A DNA stretch of 64,000 bases. Origin: Eledone cirrhosa (taxonomy: Eukaryota). The notes under the pieces are model-generated. The model had not been told where the DNA came from. It made no database searches and saw nothing but the letters and a program-made list of their open reading frames with translations. The translations under genes were made by a program, and so were the position numbers. Within the stretch, counting starts at the first letter, position 1; each line of letters begins with the position of its first letter. Below are positions 48,385-62,897 of the stretch, one piece after another. The stretch is taken from assembly GCA_964016885.1 (NCBI GenBank), contig OZ024742.1, positions 281,914,001 to 281,978,000 on the forward strand, written 5' to 3'.

Positions 48385-49155
48385 ACACATACATACACAC
48401 ACACATACACACACGCACGCACACACATACATATACACACACATACATACACACACACACACACACACAAACACACAAACACATACACACACGCTCGCAT
48501 GAAAAGTGTAACGTTTAAACATATATATATATATATATATATACAACCCACTCACACATATACGTACATGCATACATACATACATAAATACATAAATACA
48601 TACATACATGCATACTTGCCTGCATACATACAAGCATACGCACATACATACATACGTGCGCACATATATAAATACATAACAACATACATCAGTTACTTAC
48701 ATAAACATACATGCATAAATATATACATACATACACATATACACACATACATACAATACATATATACATACATAACTGACGCTCCGTCGGTTACTTAAAT
48801 AAACATACATTCATACATATATACATACATATATACATACTTACATAAAAGTATTCCACTAGACGATGTTGATTTCCTTGTGATAGCTATGAGTGTAAGA
48901 TGGAAATATCAGTACCACAATGAGACCACGATGTGAACACAGAGTGAAAAGGTCTTCGTCTTATATATTATTAATTCAATTATATCAAAAGCGAAAGACA
49001 AGCCTAGCACAATCATACAAATAAACACGCTTGAATGGATAGACAATTTCAAGCCAGGTTCAGTAATTTTGGCCAGTCTCAGAGTTCATGTAAATGAAGA
49101 AAACGATTTAAACAGTCTTCTTTCTGTTACAAGCTCAATCAGATTTGAAACATTG

Positions 49156-49292
<137 letters not shown>

Positions 49293-49300
49293 CGCGTGCG

Positions 49301-49334
<34 letters not shown>

Positions 49335-49558
49335 AATGTATGTATGTGTGTGGGAAAAAATCATTAGCTTTGATCAGATTTTAGGTTGTTTCTGCTGAAT
49401 GATCAATATTTATTGTTTAGCGGGAGAAATCGAGTAATAATGTTTTACGCTATTTAATTTTTTTTCATATTTGTATGTTTTGAACTCAAAACTCTCTCTG
49501 GATTCATTTTACTTTTCGTCTCACCTGTAGCAAGGTGATAAAATGTGTACTAGCCGCC

Positions 49559-49990
49559 ATGGCTGTATAGTTATGAAGTTAAGCACAGTTATGACGCTGT
49601 TATTAAAAAGTTGGGCGCATGTATGGTCCTGTAAATTATGAAGTTGAACTTAAACGATACATTGTGTTTATGAAGCTGGACACAAATGTGATGATGTTAT
49701 TGGGCGTGGCAATGTGGTTAAAAAGCTGGACGTAGACAGGGCTGTGTGATTAATATGTTGAACATAAACATTACTGTGTGGTTAAGAAGATGGACTCAAG
49801 CGCTGTTAATGTTTAAGAAATTAGTCACAAGCGTTGTGGTGTGCTTAAGTTGTGAAAAATTTTTGCCGTGTGATCAAGTTAGGCTCATGTATTGATATAA
49901 GGTTAAAACGTCTAACGGATACGTGATTGATCTTTAATAAATTAGGCACAAGTGTTGTACTGTGTTTAAGTTGCTTGCTTCGCAACCATG
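49559..49990 (+). repeat. Degenerate tandem array, ~14 units of ~32 bp
   Basis: Approximate consensus ATGGCTGTGTGGTTAAGAAGTTGGACACAAGC. The last unit runs into TGCTTCGCAACCATG. Confidence 0.7.
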
Positions 49991-51579
49991 CAAACTTATT
50001 TTGAAACACCTTGGAAAATAGGCGTCTAAATTAGAGAAGCTAGTTAAGTAAACTTCTCTTGATCGTGTGTGGTAGACTTAATTCATGATATAGTTTAACA
50101 CCCCTACATGGTCCCCAGGAGACTTTGGTGATGTTCGAACTGTTGCAATGATCCGGACAAGTTCCATGGTTTTAGGATATCTTACACCCTACTTTTGATC
50201 AAGAATACAGCTCCTGTAAAGGGTTATAGACACTACCTTTATATTCAATCGTATCTCCTGAAGTATGGACTGGTATTCATATCATAACACCCAGCTTTAT
50301 CCTCAACAAAGATTAACACCAAAATTGCGCCCATCGAGATGAGAATTCAAAATCATATTAGGGAGGTACGGAATTTGTTTCATAGCTGTTGTTAAACCTT
50401 AGATCATACCTCCTAGCGCAGACCTAAAATCAAACGCAGGTAGCTCGTGATGTCTCATTGTTTTTGTATATGTATATTACTACACACATTATCCAATATG
50501 CCTTTTAAATCTTTTTAATGGTAAGATGCAAGGTCTAATTTGGAGAAATTTAGATGTTATTTCTTGCAAGCGATCACCTGTCAATATTTTGGAGTTAAAT
50601 ATAAATAAATGCTGTACGGTATTCTTTCTAATACACCATCAATTCTGTAATCATCCAAACATTCTTTATCGAAAGGGTGATCTTGCAATTAATGAGCAAG
50701 AGAAAAAGATCGATTGAGGCAATTAAAAAGAAAAACGAATAGGCTACTTTTCCGCTCCTGGTAAAATAGACAAACATGTTTTTAAGCTTACCCGTGCATG
50801 GTAAATAAAAAGATAGTGTTGAGTTTGGGTTTGGGTTAAATTGACTCAATAATTGGTGGTGAAAATAAATAAGCTTCTGTGTTAAATCTCAGTGTTATTT
50901 TTAACATTATCTGACAAAAACATGGAGGGAGGCCAAGCTAGTTGGTGAGCAGTGTGGTTTTCGCCCCCGATGCAGCAAAGCAGAGCAAATATTCACACTG
51001 TGGTAGATTTTTTAAAAATTATAGTACTGCCAAGAGATGTAGTCTTGTGAAATTGGGTTCTTCTAAAGGTTTTGTGGAGTAACATTACTCGATAGAGTAC
51101 GGAGCTCAGAGATCAGGGAGTCGCTGCAGGTACAGCCGCTACTTTTCCGAATTGAGAGATCAGAGCTGTGATATTACGGACATGTGGTTAGATTGTCTCA
51201 GGAAAGAATCGCTGGACAGATCTTACGCACAACATCAACCAGCAGGACACCGAGGGGTTATACCCCGAGCAAGATGGTTAGAGTAACCGTAAGTAAAGTT
51301 TGGATGAGCGGAGTAGAAAAAAAGAAGGGAGGCGCGGAGGAGGAGAACAGGAAGAAGCGGGAAGAGAAAGATGTTGAAGATGATGATGATAATAATTGTT
51401 TCTAATTTGGGTACAAGGCCAGCGATTATCGCAGTGCATTACTGGTACTTTAAAGAAGCGTAACTCTATGCTGCAAAGAATGGCATCCCACCCTCTACCG
51501 ATATTGCCAAATCGATAATAATAGTGATGATAATGATAGTAATGATAATGATGATGATGACGATGATAGTAAGAATGGT

Positions 51580-51765
51580 AATAATTGTTTCTACTTTTGG
51601 CACAAGGCCAGTAATTACCCAGTGTATTACTGTTACTTTATTTTATCGACCCTGTAAGGATGAAAGGCAAAGTTAACTTTGGCGGGATTTGAACTCAGAT
51701 CATAAAGGGCGGCAACTCTATGCTACAAAGCATGGCGTCCGACCTTCTACTGATACTGCCAATAT
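51580..51765 (-). mobile_element. SINE family 1, near full length
   Basis: Reverse complement of 45925-46110. An internally deleted copy precedes it at ~51395-51510. Confidence 0.85.
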
Positions 51766-52304
51766 GGTAATAATAAGTGTGATGTTGGAGTTGGTGACGA
51801 TGATGAGAATAAGGAAGGTAATAATGATAACAATGATAATGGTGACGATGATGATGATGATGTCGATGGTGATGATGGGGATGATAAGGAAGATGTGGAG
51901 GAGAGAGAAATGGTGAAGAGAAGATGCAGGAAGATACTGTATATATAGCATTTCTAACTAACGAAAGCAAAGAGAATAAAAAACACAAATATATATAGAG
52001 AGGGAGGCGGAGAGATAGACAGATAGATAGATAGATAAATATAATATAACAAAAACAACATCGATATCAAGTTTAAAAAATCTTAAGGAATGGTTCAAAT
52101 AGTTTTACGAAAGAAAACGAAAATGGAAAACAAAAACTAAAAATATATGGTGGATATTATAAAAATTAAAAAATAAAACAGAATGCAAAAAGTGTCAGCG
52201 AAAAATGTTGTGCATTGAAGACATAAACATACGAGAATATACAAATATAATTGTATGTATGAAGATATATATATATATATATGTGTATATATATATAATG
52301 TAGG

Positions 52305-52500
52305 CGCGTGGTTGAGTGGTTAGAGAATTAGAGTCGCAATCGTGAGTTTGTGAGTTCGATTCCCGGACCGGGCGATGCGTTATGTCCTTGTGAAAGACAC
52401 TTTATTTCACGTTGCTCTTTGTACCTGGTATTGCGACCGATAGAGAGTATTAGCAATTGGAAAGACCATTAGAAACATTGGAAACAATGGAAACATTGAC
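52305..52500 (+). mobile_element. SINE family 2
   Basis: Homologous to 5281-5490; B box GAGTTCGATTCC. Confidence 0.8.
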
Positions 52501-52534
52501 GATGGTCGATCGAATGTCAATATATATATATATA

Positions 52535-52666
52535 GAATGAGAAAATGAGATGTAGTTTCATGTTAAAATCCTTTATTTGTAATGCTGCGATACATATTTC
52601 GATACACATTTCGACAGTGGCCACACGATTCCGTGTACCCAGTGCAGTGACATCATCAGACAGCTT
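52535..52666 (-). mobile_element. Pseudo-LTR-like fragment with degenerate hammerhead and AATAAA
   Basis: Minus strand GCTGT-CTGATGA..CACTGTC-GAAATGTGTATC-GAAATATGTATC-GCAGC (12-nt duplication). The terminal ~45 bp recurs at ~53218-53265. Confidence 0.5.
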
Positions 52667-53172
52667 CTTATATAATAAGGTTACGTTCCCATGGCAATCC
52701 AGACAGAAATGACAAGGGAATGGACAAGGCGTTTGTTCTTGAATCGTCTGCCCGTTCCCCTGTGGTCAACAATTCACCTCCGCAAGTCTGCGCAGGCACA
52801 AACGGAAGCTGACTATCCACTGCACCAAACACACCAAAAGTAAGTCTAGGCAACCAAACGATCCAGGCTGGTAATATGACACTGTTAAAGTATACTGCGA
52901 TATGCCTTGCCAGTGGCAGCTGATCGAAATCTAGTGGTGGTGGCAGAGTATGAGTTTCAATAGGCCTTAATACTACCCCTAATCTATGCCTGGACAATGG
53001 GGTTGACCATCCCCGCTATGAGAATATAAACCTATTTCTAGAATATAAACCTATTTCACAGCGGAAATTAAGATTGAAAATTAGAAATTAAACGTTAAAA
53101 CTTGATTGAGTGAATAAATATATATATATATAAAGAGTAAATAGGGAGATGTTTAAATTAAAGTAAGAAGTT

Positions 53173-53225
<53 letters not shown>

Positions 53226-53359
53226 AAAATGAGATGTAGCTTCATATGTTAAAATCCTTTATTGGTGAAAAACCACAGACCCTCCATCTCAACTCTACTT
53301 TTGAAAAGAAGAAGAACTGAAAAACTCTTTTTTCCTGTACCTTTCTGACGGAAATACTT

Positions 53360-53407
<48 letters not shown>

Positions 53408-53408
<1 letters not shown>

Positions 53409-54072
53409 AACCCATTAGCAACCACGCAGCGCGTTTATTCTCATATTTACACATATTTTTTTCCCCGCTATGACCCGTCTATTTCGTTCTTACTGCTTCC
53501 TCTTTCTCTGTATCTTTACCCTCTCTAGCAGTCACTCTCTCTGTTAGCCTCTTCCTCACCCTTCACTCACTCATTCTCTGTTACTACCTCTCCTCCTCCT
53601 CCTTCTTCCCGTTTGACCTGTGCGTAATTCTTTTCTTTCGCACCCTTGGTCTGGCAGGTCGCTTTTTTTCTCTCTCTCGTCTACGATTTCACAGAACTTA
53701 CGTTCACCGAATTCACAGACTAGATCCCTTCTTCCTCCCGTTAGACCTGTACGGAATTCCTTCCTTGCTCACATTCCAACCAGGTTTGATGGTCTTTATT
53801 CTCTCTTGTTCACGATTTCACCGAATTTAAATTCATAGAAATTTGGGACTTGACTCCTTCTTCCTTACTTTTCGTTGCTTCACCTTCTTTGTTTGTTTAC
53901 ACTCGTGTCCCCTTTATTTACGTGTCCCAACGACTTCTTTTAGCCGTTACTCGCACCAACCGGAGGTATATGGTCTTTAAAGCGATGAAATACCAATGAT
54001 GGTTGGAAGATCACTGATGAAGGACTAACTTTCTTCATATGTAACCCATTAGCAACCACGCAGCACGTTTAT

Positions 54073-54080
<8 letters not shown>
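53408..54080 (+). mobile_element. Non-coding element bounded by ~38-bp direct repeats, with a truncated CTGATGA core
   Basis: TAACCCATTAGCAACCACGCAGC(G/A)CGTTTATTCTCATAT at both ends. CTGATGAAGGAC lies just before the 3' repeat. Confidence 0.45.
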
Positions 54081-54164
<84 letters not shown>

Positions 54165-54399
54165 GGTATTAGGATTGGTGCTCTGAAATAGCGATGTATA
54201 CATGTATGTATGTATAGTATATTTGGCAATATACCGTATGCTTAATTAAAAACATTTTGAAGACCATACGCTATCAGTTTTAAAGTAGTGACTATGTCAC
54301 TTACTTCTTTTCTTCGGCGAAATAAGGGAGAGAAGCTAACAAACTGTCTGTTTCACGCTGTTGGCGATCTTCTTAAAAGATGGATACCAGACTGTTGCA

Positions 54400-55450
54400 G
54401 CCAACGAGTCCCTCTCAAAAGAAACGTCAATAACAGCTGGTGTACCGTAGGAAACCGTCTTGGGACCACTACTTATTGTGACGGCTCTCTCAGATAAGCC
54501 CTCCGTAATACAGACAGCCTGCCTCACTAGCTATACTGGTGACACAAATCTAGTACAGGCACTCATGAAATCGGCTGATGCTTTTCTCTTACAAAATTAT
54601 TTAGATGCTATATACATATGGGGGGAAGAAAACAATCTGAAATTTAATGCCGAAAAATTTCAAGCCTTCAGCAATCAACCCGCAAACTCAAGGCCACTGC
54701 AACAAAGCTACACTGGACCAAGATAAATCAAAATCCTCGAGTCAAAACCAATAGAGCATCTGTGTATTGGCATGAGCAATGATGCATCGTTTTATACACA
54801 CATCACTAAAATAACGGCAATGTGCATATGTCTGGCAGATTGAATTCTGGTGAACTTTCAGGACAAATGATTGGGATACCATCTTGGAAGACTGGCGGAC
54901 TCTTGTCATCAGCCGGCTTGACTATTGCTCTCAGCTATGGTTACGCAACAGTTTCAAACTAACGACAGAACGTGAAGCAATCGAACGAAGCTACACCAAG
55001 GTGATTGACTCATTGAAGGAGATTAGCAACTGGGAGAGGCTGAAACAACAAAAGATCTACTCCATGGTTCGTAGGCATGCGAGTAATGCAGTGATATACG
55101 TATGGAAGATTCTTGTAGGGCTGGAACCAAACTTCGGCATTGTGAACAGGATTGTCAAAATTCCCATCGTTCACATCAAGAATTATGACCAGATATTGCA
55201 ATAGCCTGATATTCAAGGGCTCACAGATCTTTAATAAGCCGCCAAAATCTCTGAGAGATATATGGTGTGCATGTATATGTTTTCATGAAACATCTCGTCA
55301 TTCTGCTAACCAAGATCCCGGATGAACCTACAGCACGAGATGAAGCACAAATAAGGGAGGCAGCAACAAACTTTTACATCAATGGACAACCAAGGTAGGT
55401 TGGCTGAAAAAAGTGTAGCGTCAATGATGGTGCACCAGCATGGCCTTAGC
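54400..55450 (+). pseudogene. Decayed CR1/L2-superfamily LINE RT 3' half
   Basis: AGVP*ETVLGPLL, SYTGDT (degraded YADDT), WGEENNLKFNAEKFQ, LVISRLDYCSQLW, WERLKQ. Confidence 0.8.
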
Positions 55451-55482
55451 CAGTGGGTTGGAACACGTATAAGAGCAAAAGA

Positions 55483-55573
<91 letters not shown>

Positions 55574-56292
55574 CATATATATTTATATATATATATATGT
55601 GAGGGTTTGTGTCTGTGTGTGTGTGTGTCTGTATTTTTCAATGTGGTCTACCCTTGATGGTAGGGCCTGTTCCGTAGATAGAAGATAGAACTCAATGTAA
55701 TCTGATGGCGAGTAATCCAGTGAATTGATTGCGAAAAAGACGGTCAGATCGAACCTATATATGAAGTCTGTTATATAACTGCTATAAATCAGACAATATG
55801 CCAATATGTCAACCCTCCTCCGAAACGATCGTAAAACAATGATATGAATAGGTAAAATAACTCGACTTTGTTGCTATTATTTTCATTATTAAATTAATAC
55901 CTAATATATATATATATATATATATATATACAGTAAAGTGACCAGTGAAAAAACTTGGTACATCTACATATGTATACGTGTGTGTATTCATATACATACT
56001 AGTATTTCAGTATACATATATGGATGTACATCTTTAACTTAATTGTTTAAGCGTCAGTCATACAAAAGTGAGTTACAAATGAAACGAAATTTAATTTCGT
56101 TTCGTTATTTGTTTTTATCGTCTCCGTTGAACCGGTACTTACTCACACTCTATGCAAATTAGTATGCCCACTACTAATTTTCATAGAAAAAGCATATAAC
56201 GATATGTGCTTTTACGATTCTCTAGAGAGGCCGGAAGATAGGTAAATATTGCTGATGAGTTGTAACAACAACGAAACTAGTTCAATATTCCT

Positions 56293-56323
<31 letters not shown>

Positions 56324-56723
56324 GTGTGTTTCTGTGTGCGTGTGTGTGTGCCTGTGTATGTGTGTATAACATTACAAACACTATTTTCTCTGTCGCTATC
56401 TTAATATACACACATACATACATAGATACATACGTATGTATATAAATAGAGCGAACAGCCAGCAAGAATATGATATATTTAATGCAGAAAAAAGGTCATT
56501 TGGCTTAAAGCAGGGAACAAGGTTAACATTACGTCAGTAAATGCAGATATGTAAAAAGCAGATGATACAAAATGGCGACATTCATAAAGACGCTTTTTTT
56601 ATGTTTTCTTGTCAACTATTTCTGGCTTCCATTTTGTTATTTATTTCTTTTTGTGCAAACATCACAAACACACACGCACGCGCGCACACACACATGCACG
56701 CACACATGCACGCACACACACAC

Positions 56724-56830
<107 letters not shown>

Positions 56831-57617
56831 TATATATATATATAGAGAGAGAGATATAAAGATATAGATATATAGATATATAGATAGATGTGTGTGTATG
56901 GGGAGGTGTCATGGGGTGTTTGGTGTCTGTGTGTATGTGTATGTGTATGTGTCTGTGTCTGTATGTATGTGTGTGTATGTATTTGTATGTGTGTCTGTGT
57001 AAGTGTTTGTGTGTATGTATCTGTGTATGTGTATATATGTGTATATGTGTATGTATGTGTATGTGAGTATGTGTATGTGAGTATGTATATGTGTATGCGC
57101 GTGTGTGTATGTATGTATATGTGTGTGTGTCTGTATGTATTTTTAACTCGAAGAGGGAAATCATTATTAACAGTATACTGTAATATAAAAGAAAAGAAGA
57201 ATTTTGAAAAAAAATGTCTATCATCGCGTTAGATGTTCCACAAAACACCTTTCGCCCAATTTCTCATTCCCCACACGCCTCCGTTCTTTCCTTTATCCTT
57301 TCTTTCTCTTTTAATTCCTCATCTTTCTTTTCTTCTTATTTTTTATTAACTCACTCACCTCTTCTTCCTCACACTATCTCTCTCCAGCTCTTTCTCTTTT
57401 AGCTTTTGTTCTTTCTCTATTCCTTTCTTTTTTTTCTCTCTCTCTCTCTTCCTCTCTCTCTCTCTCTCTCTCCGTCTTTCTCTCTCTCTTCCTCTTTTAT
57501 AATATATTTCCCTTCCTCGTCTAATTGCTTTTATTAACTCACTCATGCACTCAACCCTTCTCTCTGTCTCCTGTTTCTCTTTTACATTTCATTCTTTCTC
57601 GTTCCAACCCTCTCTCA

Positions 57618-57677
<60 letters not shown>

Positions 57678-58125
57678 ATCTCTCTCTCTCTCTCTCTCTC
57701 TCTCAATCCCTCTCTCTCTATCTATCTATCTATCTCTATCTATCTATCTATCTATTTCTTTCTCTCTCTCTCTTTCTTTCTTTCTCTCGCTCTTTCACTC
57801 ACATATGCTGCATATCTTTTTCTCAGTCACCCCTTCTCATTTCTTTTATTAACTCACTATCGTTGTATTTACACATTTCTCCCCTCTGTTATCACCAGTC
57901 CTCTCTTTGACTATATCTTTTTCGCTGTCTCTTATGCTGCGTCTATTCATTTTGGTATTTTACGCTTTCCTGCACATCACAGCATGAAGCAAAGGTCAAC
58001 GGTGTCAATTTCTTTACGCAAGATTTCGTGTAAGATAATAATTGTTGCTTGTAGCGTTCAGGACTTGTATTGTAAGAAGCAAGGTCAAAGAACTGAAATA
58101 TTTTTCGTTTTCTTTTTGATCTCTC

Positions 58126-58214
<89 letters not shown>

Positions 58215-58635
58215 CTCTCTCTCTCTCTATCTCACTATCTATCTATCTCTCTATCTATCTATCACTATCTCTTTCTCTCTCTCCCTCTCTCTTTTTCTTT
58301 CCCTTTTTAACTATCTTTCTCTCTCACTTTATCGCAACCTCTCGCTCTCTCATACATAACCAACAAGCTGGGCTGTGCACCTGGATGTCCAACACACTCG
58401 ATACCATCCTGCGCTGAGTCGCCTTTTCCAATCAACAGGAATTTGCCTCGCGATTGATTTATCTGAATAAATATGAAGTAGAAGAGAAGGAAAAGAAAGA
58501 AAGAAGTAAATAACCTGACAGACTGACAGACAGATAGACTGACACACGAACAGAAGGACAAAAATACGACAATATGAAGTAGTTTGGACAGAATATGGTA
58601 GAAAAAAATTGAATAGAATATATATAGTGTGCGTG

Positions 58636-58694
<59 letters not shown>

Positions 58695-58765
58695 TTATTT
58701 ATTTATATGTATTTATATATTTATACATATATATATACCTATATATATATACACATACAGATATG

Positions 58766-58811
<46 letters not shown>

Positions 58812-59027
58812 CATACATATATGTATGTGTATATATATATATATACATACATATACATATGTAGAAAACGGAGAAAGTAACTAACAGGGGGAGGATCAAA
58901 TGAGATAGTGCATATTCAATAAAAACAGATTAAAAATCTTGTCTACATCCGTGTGTGTGTGTGTGAGTGTGTGTGTGCATATATGATATATATGTATAAT
59001 TACATGTAGATATATTCCTACATAGGC

Positions 59028-59076
<49 letters not shown>

Positions 59077-59469
59077 CATACATACATGTAGATATATTCC
59101 TACTTAGGCATATATATATATATATATATATTCTTATATACATATACAGTAATATATAAATACATCTACATATACAATGTTGAACAATATAGATTGAACA
59201 ATGTATATTGTGGTGTGTAGAAAGTATTAGGTATGCATCAGTAGATAGTTATATCCATATGTAATATATGTAATCAATAGGATCAGGTGAGTGTGAAATA
59301 TATATCTTCATAAATGAATGCTCAACATCTATGTACATTGATATGTACGATAGAGTATATGTGTTTTCTATGCTTACATTCTTATGTGCATATGTATTTG
59401 CATTTGTTCGCATGATACAACTTATATATTTCATTATAATATCTCTCTTTCTTTCTCACTCTCCCTGTT

Positions 59470-59503
<34 letters not shown>

Positions 59504-59732
59504 CATCTCTCTCTCACTCTCTCTATCTGTCTCTCTCCCTCTCTCTATATATACCTATATATCACAATATATATAAATATACATATATATATGTATACAT
59601 ATATATATATATATAAATATATATACACAGACACAAACAAACATGCATATATATATATATATATATTCTCATCACAAGGATATATATATGTACATCTGAG
59701 TGTGTGTGTGTTAGTGTGTATATATATAAATA

Positions 59733-59820
<88 letters not shown>

Positions 59821-59821
59821 A

Positions 59822-59887
<66 letters not shown>

Positions 59888-59914
59888 ATATATATATATA
59901 TATCCTTGTGATAA

Positions 59915-59966
<52 letters not shown>

Positions 59967-60461
59967 TCATATTTATATATACACACACTAACACACACAC
60001 TCATATATATATATGTTTGTGATAAGAATAAATCTTTTACAGATATGACAAGAATATTTCTTCGTGCAAGATTATGAAAGGGCTCAGTGAAGTAGAATAT
60101 GTACATGCATATATGCATTCAATTATATTAATGTATATAGAAATGTACGGCAGGTACGACTACATTTTAAAAACATACTGTTTGTGACTAAGTGTATAGG
60201 AATTGTTATACAATTTGTATCTTAATTCACACAAAGAAACTCTTTTTCCATAAACATAGAATGGCAAAAAAAAAAGTTGATATTCTAATATACACTCAAA
60301 TGGTAAAGTTTATGTATTATAGCAAGACACACATAATCACACACACACGAAAATATGTGTGGGTGATTGTGAGTGTATTACAGCTCTTTTACATCTGTAT
60401 TAAGCGTTATACTAATATAATTTTTTTTATTGTATGAGAGTATGTGTATATATATATATAT

Positions 60462-60690
60462 AACAAAGGAATTGTGGTAAGGAACCAGATGGACCATAAC
60501 CCACCAGATTACTCAATACTTAGGGTAGTAGAGTGGGAAATAGGAAAAAGTATGACCCCGAGAGCAGAGCTCAAGCCTTTTCGATGGCTATTTCTGGACT
60601 AAATTAGAATTTTTAGCCAGAGTCACCAGGTTAAAATTTCTAATTTAGTCCAGAAATAGAGTTATACCGTCGGGGTCATAATTGTTCCCA
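60462..60690. repeat. Repeat with internal fold-back; homologous to 61478-61690
   Basis: TATGACCCCGA..ATTTCTGGACTAAATTAGAA / TTCTAATTTAGTCCAGAAAT..TCGGGGTCATA. Confidence 0.75.
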
Positions 60691-60756
60691 TATATATATA
60701 TATTATACCTTCCATATACTGTAACGATTGTGTTGTTATTTCTGTTTACCTTTAGC

Positions 60757-60824
<68 letters not shown>

Positions 60825-60829
<5 letters not shown>

Positions 60830-60879
60830 TTTTTTAATATAAGGAACTGTTTCTTTGTTTTTATTCATTATTTTTATTA

Positions 60880-60927
<48 letters not shown>

Positions 60928-60945
60928 ACTATATACACACACTTA

Positions 60946-61009
<64 letters not shown>

Positions 61010-61064
61010 TAATAAAAATAATGAATAAAAACAAAAAAACAGTTCCTTATATTAAAAAATTCAT
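60825..61064. repeat. Inverted repeat (~60-bp unique arms) around (TA)n
   Basis: ATGAATTTTTTAATATAAGGAACTGTT.. / ..AACAGTTCCTTATATTAAAAAATTCAT. Confidence 0.85.
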
Positions 61065-61168
61065 CATTTTACGATCGCTTCTAGGATATATATGTGTATG
61101 TTGGTATGTATATCATATAGATCTATGTAAAATGTTTACAAACTATTAGAGGGAATATACATACCTAC

Positions 61169-61213
<45 letters not shown>

Positions 61214-61283
61214 CAGCGATTCTTTGCTTAAATTTTAATCTGTTAATTTAATAAATATATATATATGTATATATATATATATA

Positions 61284-61425
61284 CAGGGTACGAACGATAT
61301 TTGTTCGCAAGATTTCTGTCTAGGAAAAAATAACACTGAAGTTTTATTTGTTAAGATTTATTTATCAAACTTGGGCCGGTTTGTCTGTTAGCAGTTGAAA
61401 ATTGCGAACAAATATCGTCCGCAAC

Positions 61426-61428
<3 letters not shown>
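61284..61428. mobile_element. Tc1/mariner-type MITE (145 bp)
   Basis: TA|CAGGGTACGAACGATATTTGTTCGCAA ... TTGCGAACAAATATCGTCCGCAACCTG|TA. Confidence 0.85.
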
Positions 61429-61479
<51 letters not shown>

Positions 61480-61526
61480 CGAAGGAAATGCGGTAAGGAA
61501 CCAGGTTTAGGGTAGTAGAGTGGGTA

Positions 61527-61685
61527 ATAGGAACGAGTAGGACCCCGACGGCTGAGCTCAAGCCGTTTCGACGACTAATTCTGGACTAAAAAAAAATAAT
61601 TTAAAAAAAAATTTTATTTTTTTTTCTTTAGTGCAGAATTAGCCGTCGAAACGGCTTGAGCTCAGCCGTCGAGGTCCTACTCGTT

Positions 61686-61690
<5 letters not shown>
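61527..61690. repeat. Fold-back inverted repeat containing the 3' half of a hammerhead in each arm
   Basis: GAAA-CGGCT(TGAGCTC)AGCCG-TC forms stem III plus GUC. No CTGANGA is present. Confidence 0.7.
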
Positions 61691-61744
<54 letters not shown>

Positions 61745-61776
61745 AAATCAAAAGATGGTTAAAAGAGTTCCAAGTA

Positions 61777-61843
61777 TTTTATTATGGGCATTTCAAAAAC
61801 AAATATCATCATGGGATGATATCTGCGTTTTCATCAGATAAAA
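61777..61843 (-). ncRNA. Type I hammerhead ribozyme in the inverted terminal segment of the adjacent PLE
   Basis: Minus strand: TTTTAT-CTGATGA-AAACGCAGATATCATC(CCAT)GATGATATTTGTTTTT-GAAA-TGCCCA-TA-ATAAAA. Confidence 0.75.
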
Positions 61844-62897
61844 AAGGGATACATGATATGAAGCTTAAAAAACACTTGTGAATAGTGAAGTTTTAAATCA
61901 ACATATGAAAGATAATTTAAGACTGATGTATGAGATTGGGAAAAAGTGAAGGGGGGGGGGGGGTAGAAAAGGTAAGGAAGAGGAGGAGATGAGTGTAAAG
62001 AAGGAAGGAGATATGGGTGATAGAGAGAGATATCCTTTACAACTGAGAAAAAAATATATATTGTCTCACAGAGAGAAGTTAAAAAGCTAATAGATAATTT
62101 AAAAGAATTTGAAATTAAAAGTTAATGAGGTTTATGCATGAAGAGAAAAGGGATTAAGAATAATATTAAATTAAGGTTTGTATATTGAAGGGTTTAATAA
62201 TATGTGCGAGGAAAATAAAAATATGAATGTTATTAAGGATATAATGTGAAAAGAAGTAGAAGAATGAATGAGTTATGAATTTAGAGGAATTAGTTAGGGT
62301 TTAAGTTTGTTTTTATGTAATGTAATATGTGTGCGGAATATGTGTACGTAAATAGTTTGTTTAAAAATGAGCGCAGAAGGCAAAGAAGAAAAGAATGTTT
62401 AAGGAAGAAAATATTTAACATCAAAAAATATATATGTTTACGAAATATTTTCTAATGGTAATAATATAATACATTAAAAGAAATTAGTGAGGGTTTAAGT
62501 TTGTTTTTATGTATTGTAATATGTAAAAGTCAAACGAGCATGAAAGGATGAGATAAGGAGGATTTCTTCTAGAGTTAAATAAATGATCAAGAAAGTTATG
62601 TTTCCTTTTTGGCGCTGGTCGTGGAAAAAAAAACTCTTTTAACCATCTTTTGATCTTATATGGGGTCGATAGAATAAAGTACCAGTAATGCACTGGGTAA
62701 TTGCTGGCCTTGTGCCAAAAGTAGAAACAATTATTTATACTCCAGTCCTACAAACTGTAGAGTGTTATTTATCCGATATTTGCATTGCTTTATTGTGCTT
62801 CAATAAAACTAACCTCCTACATTAACTAGCTCAACTGTTTGAGCGCTAACCCTCATATCGGATACCTTTTGATGGTCTTTAATTTTTCTTCTACAAC

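Noticed and set aside
49559-49990. CRISPR-like periodicity
   Set aside because: Units are contiguous and degenerate with no unique spacers, there are no cas genes, and the context is eukaryotic.
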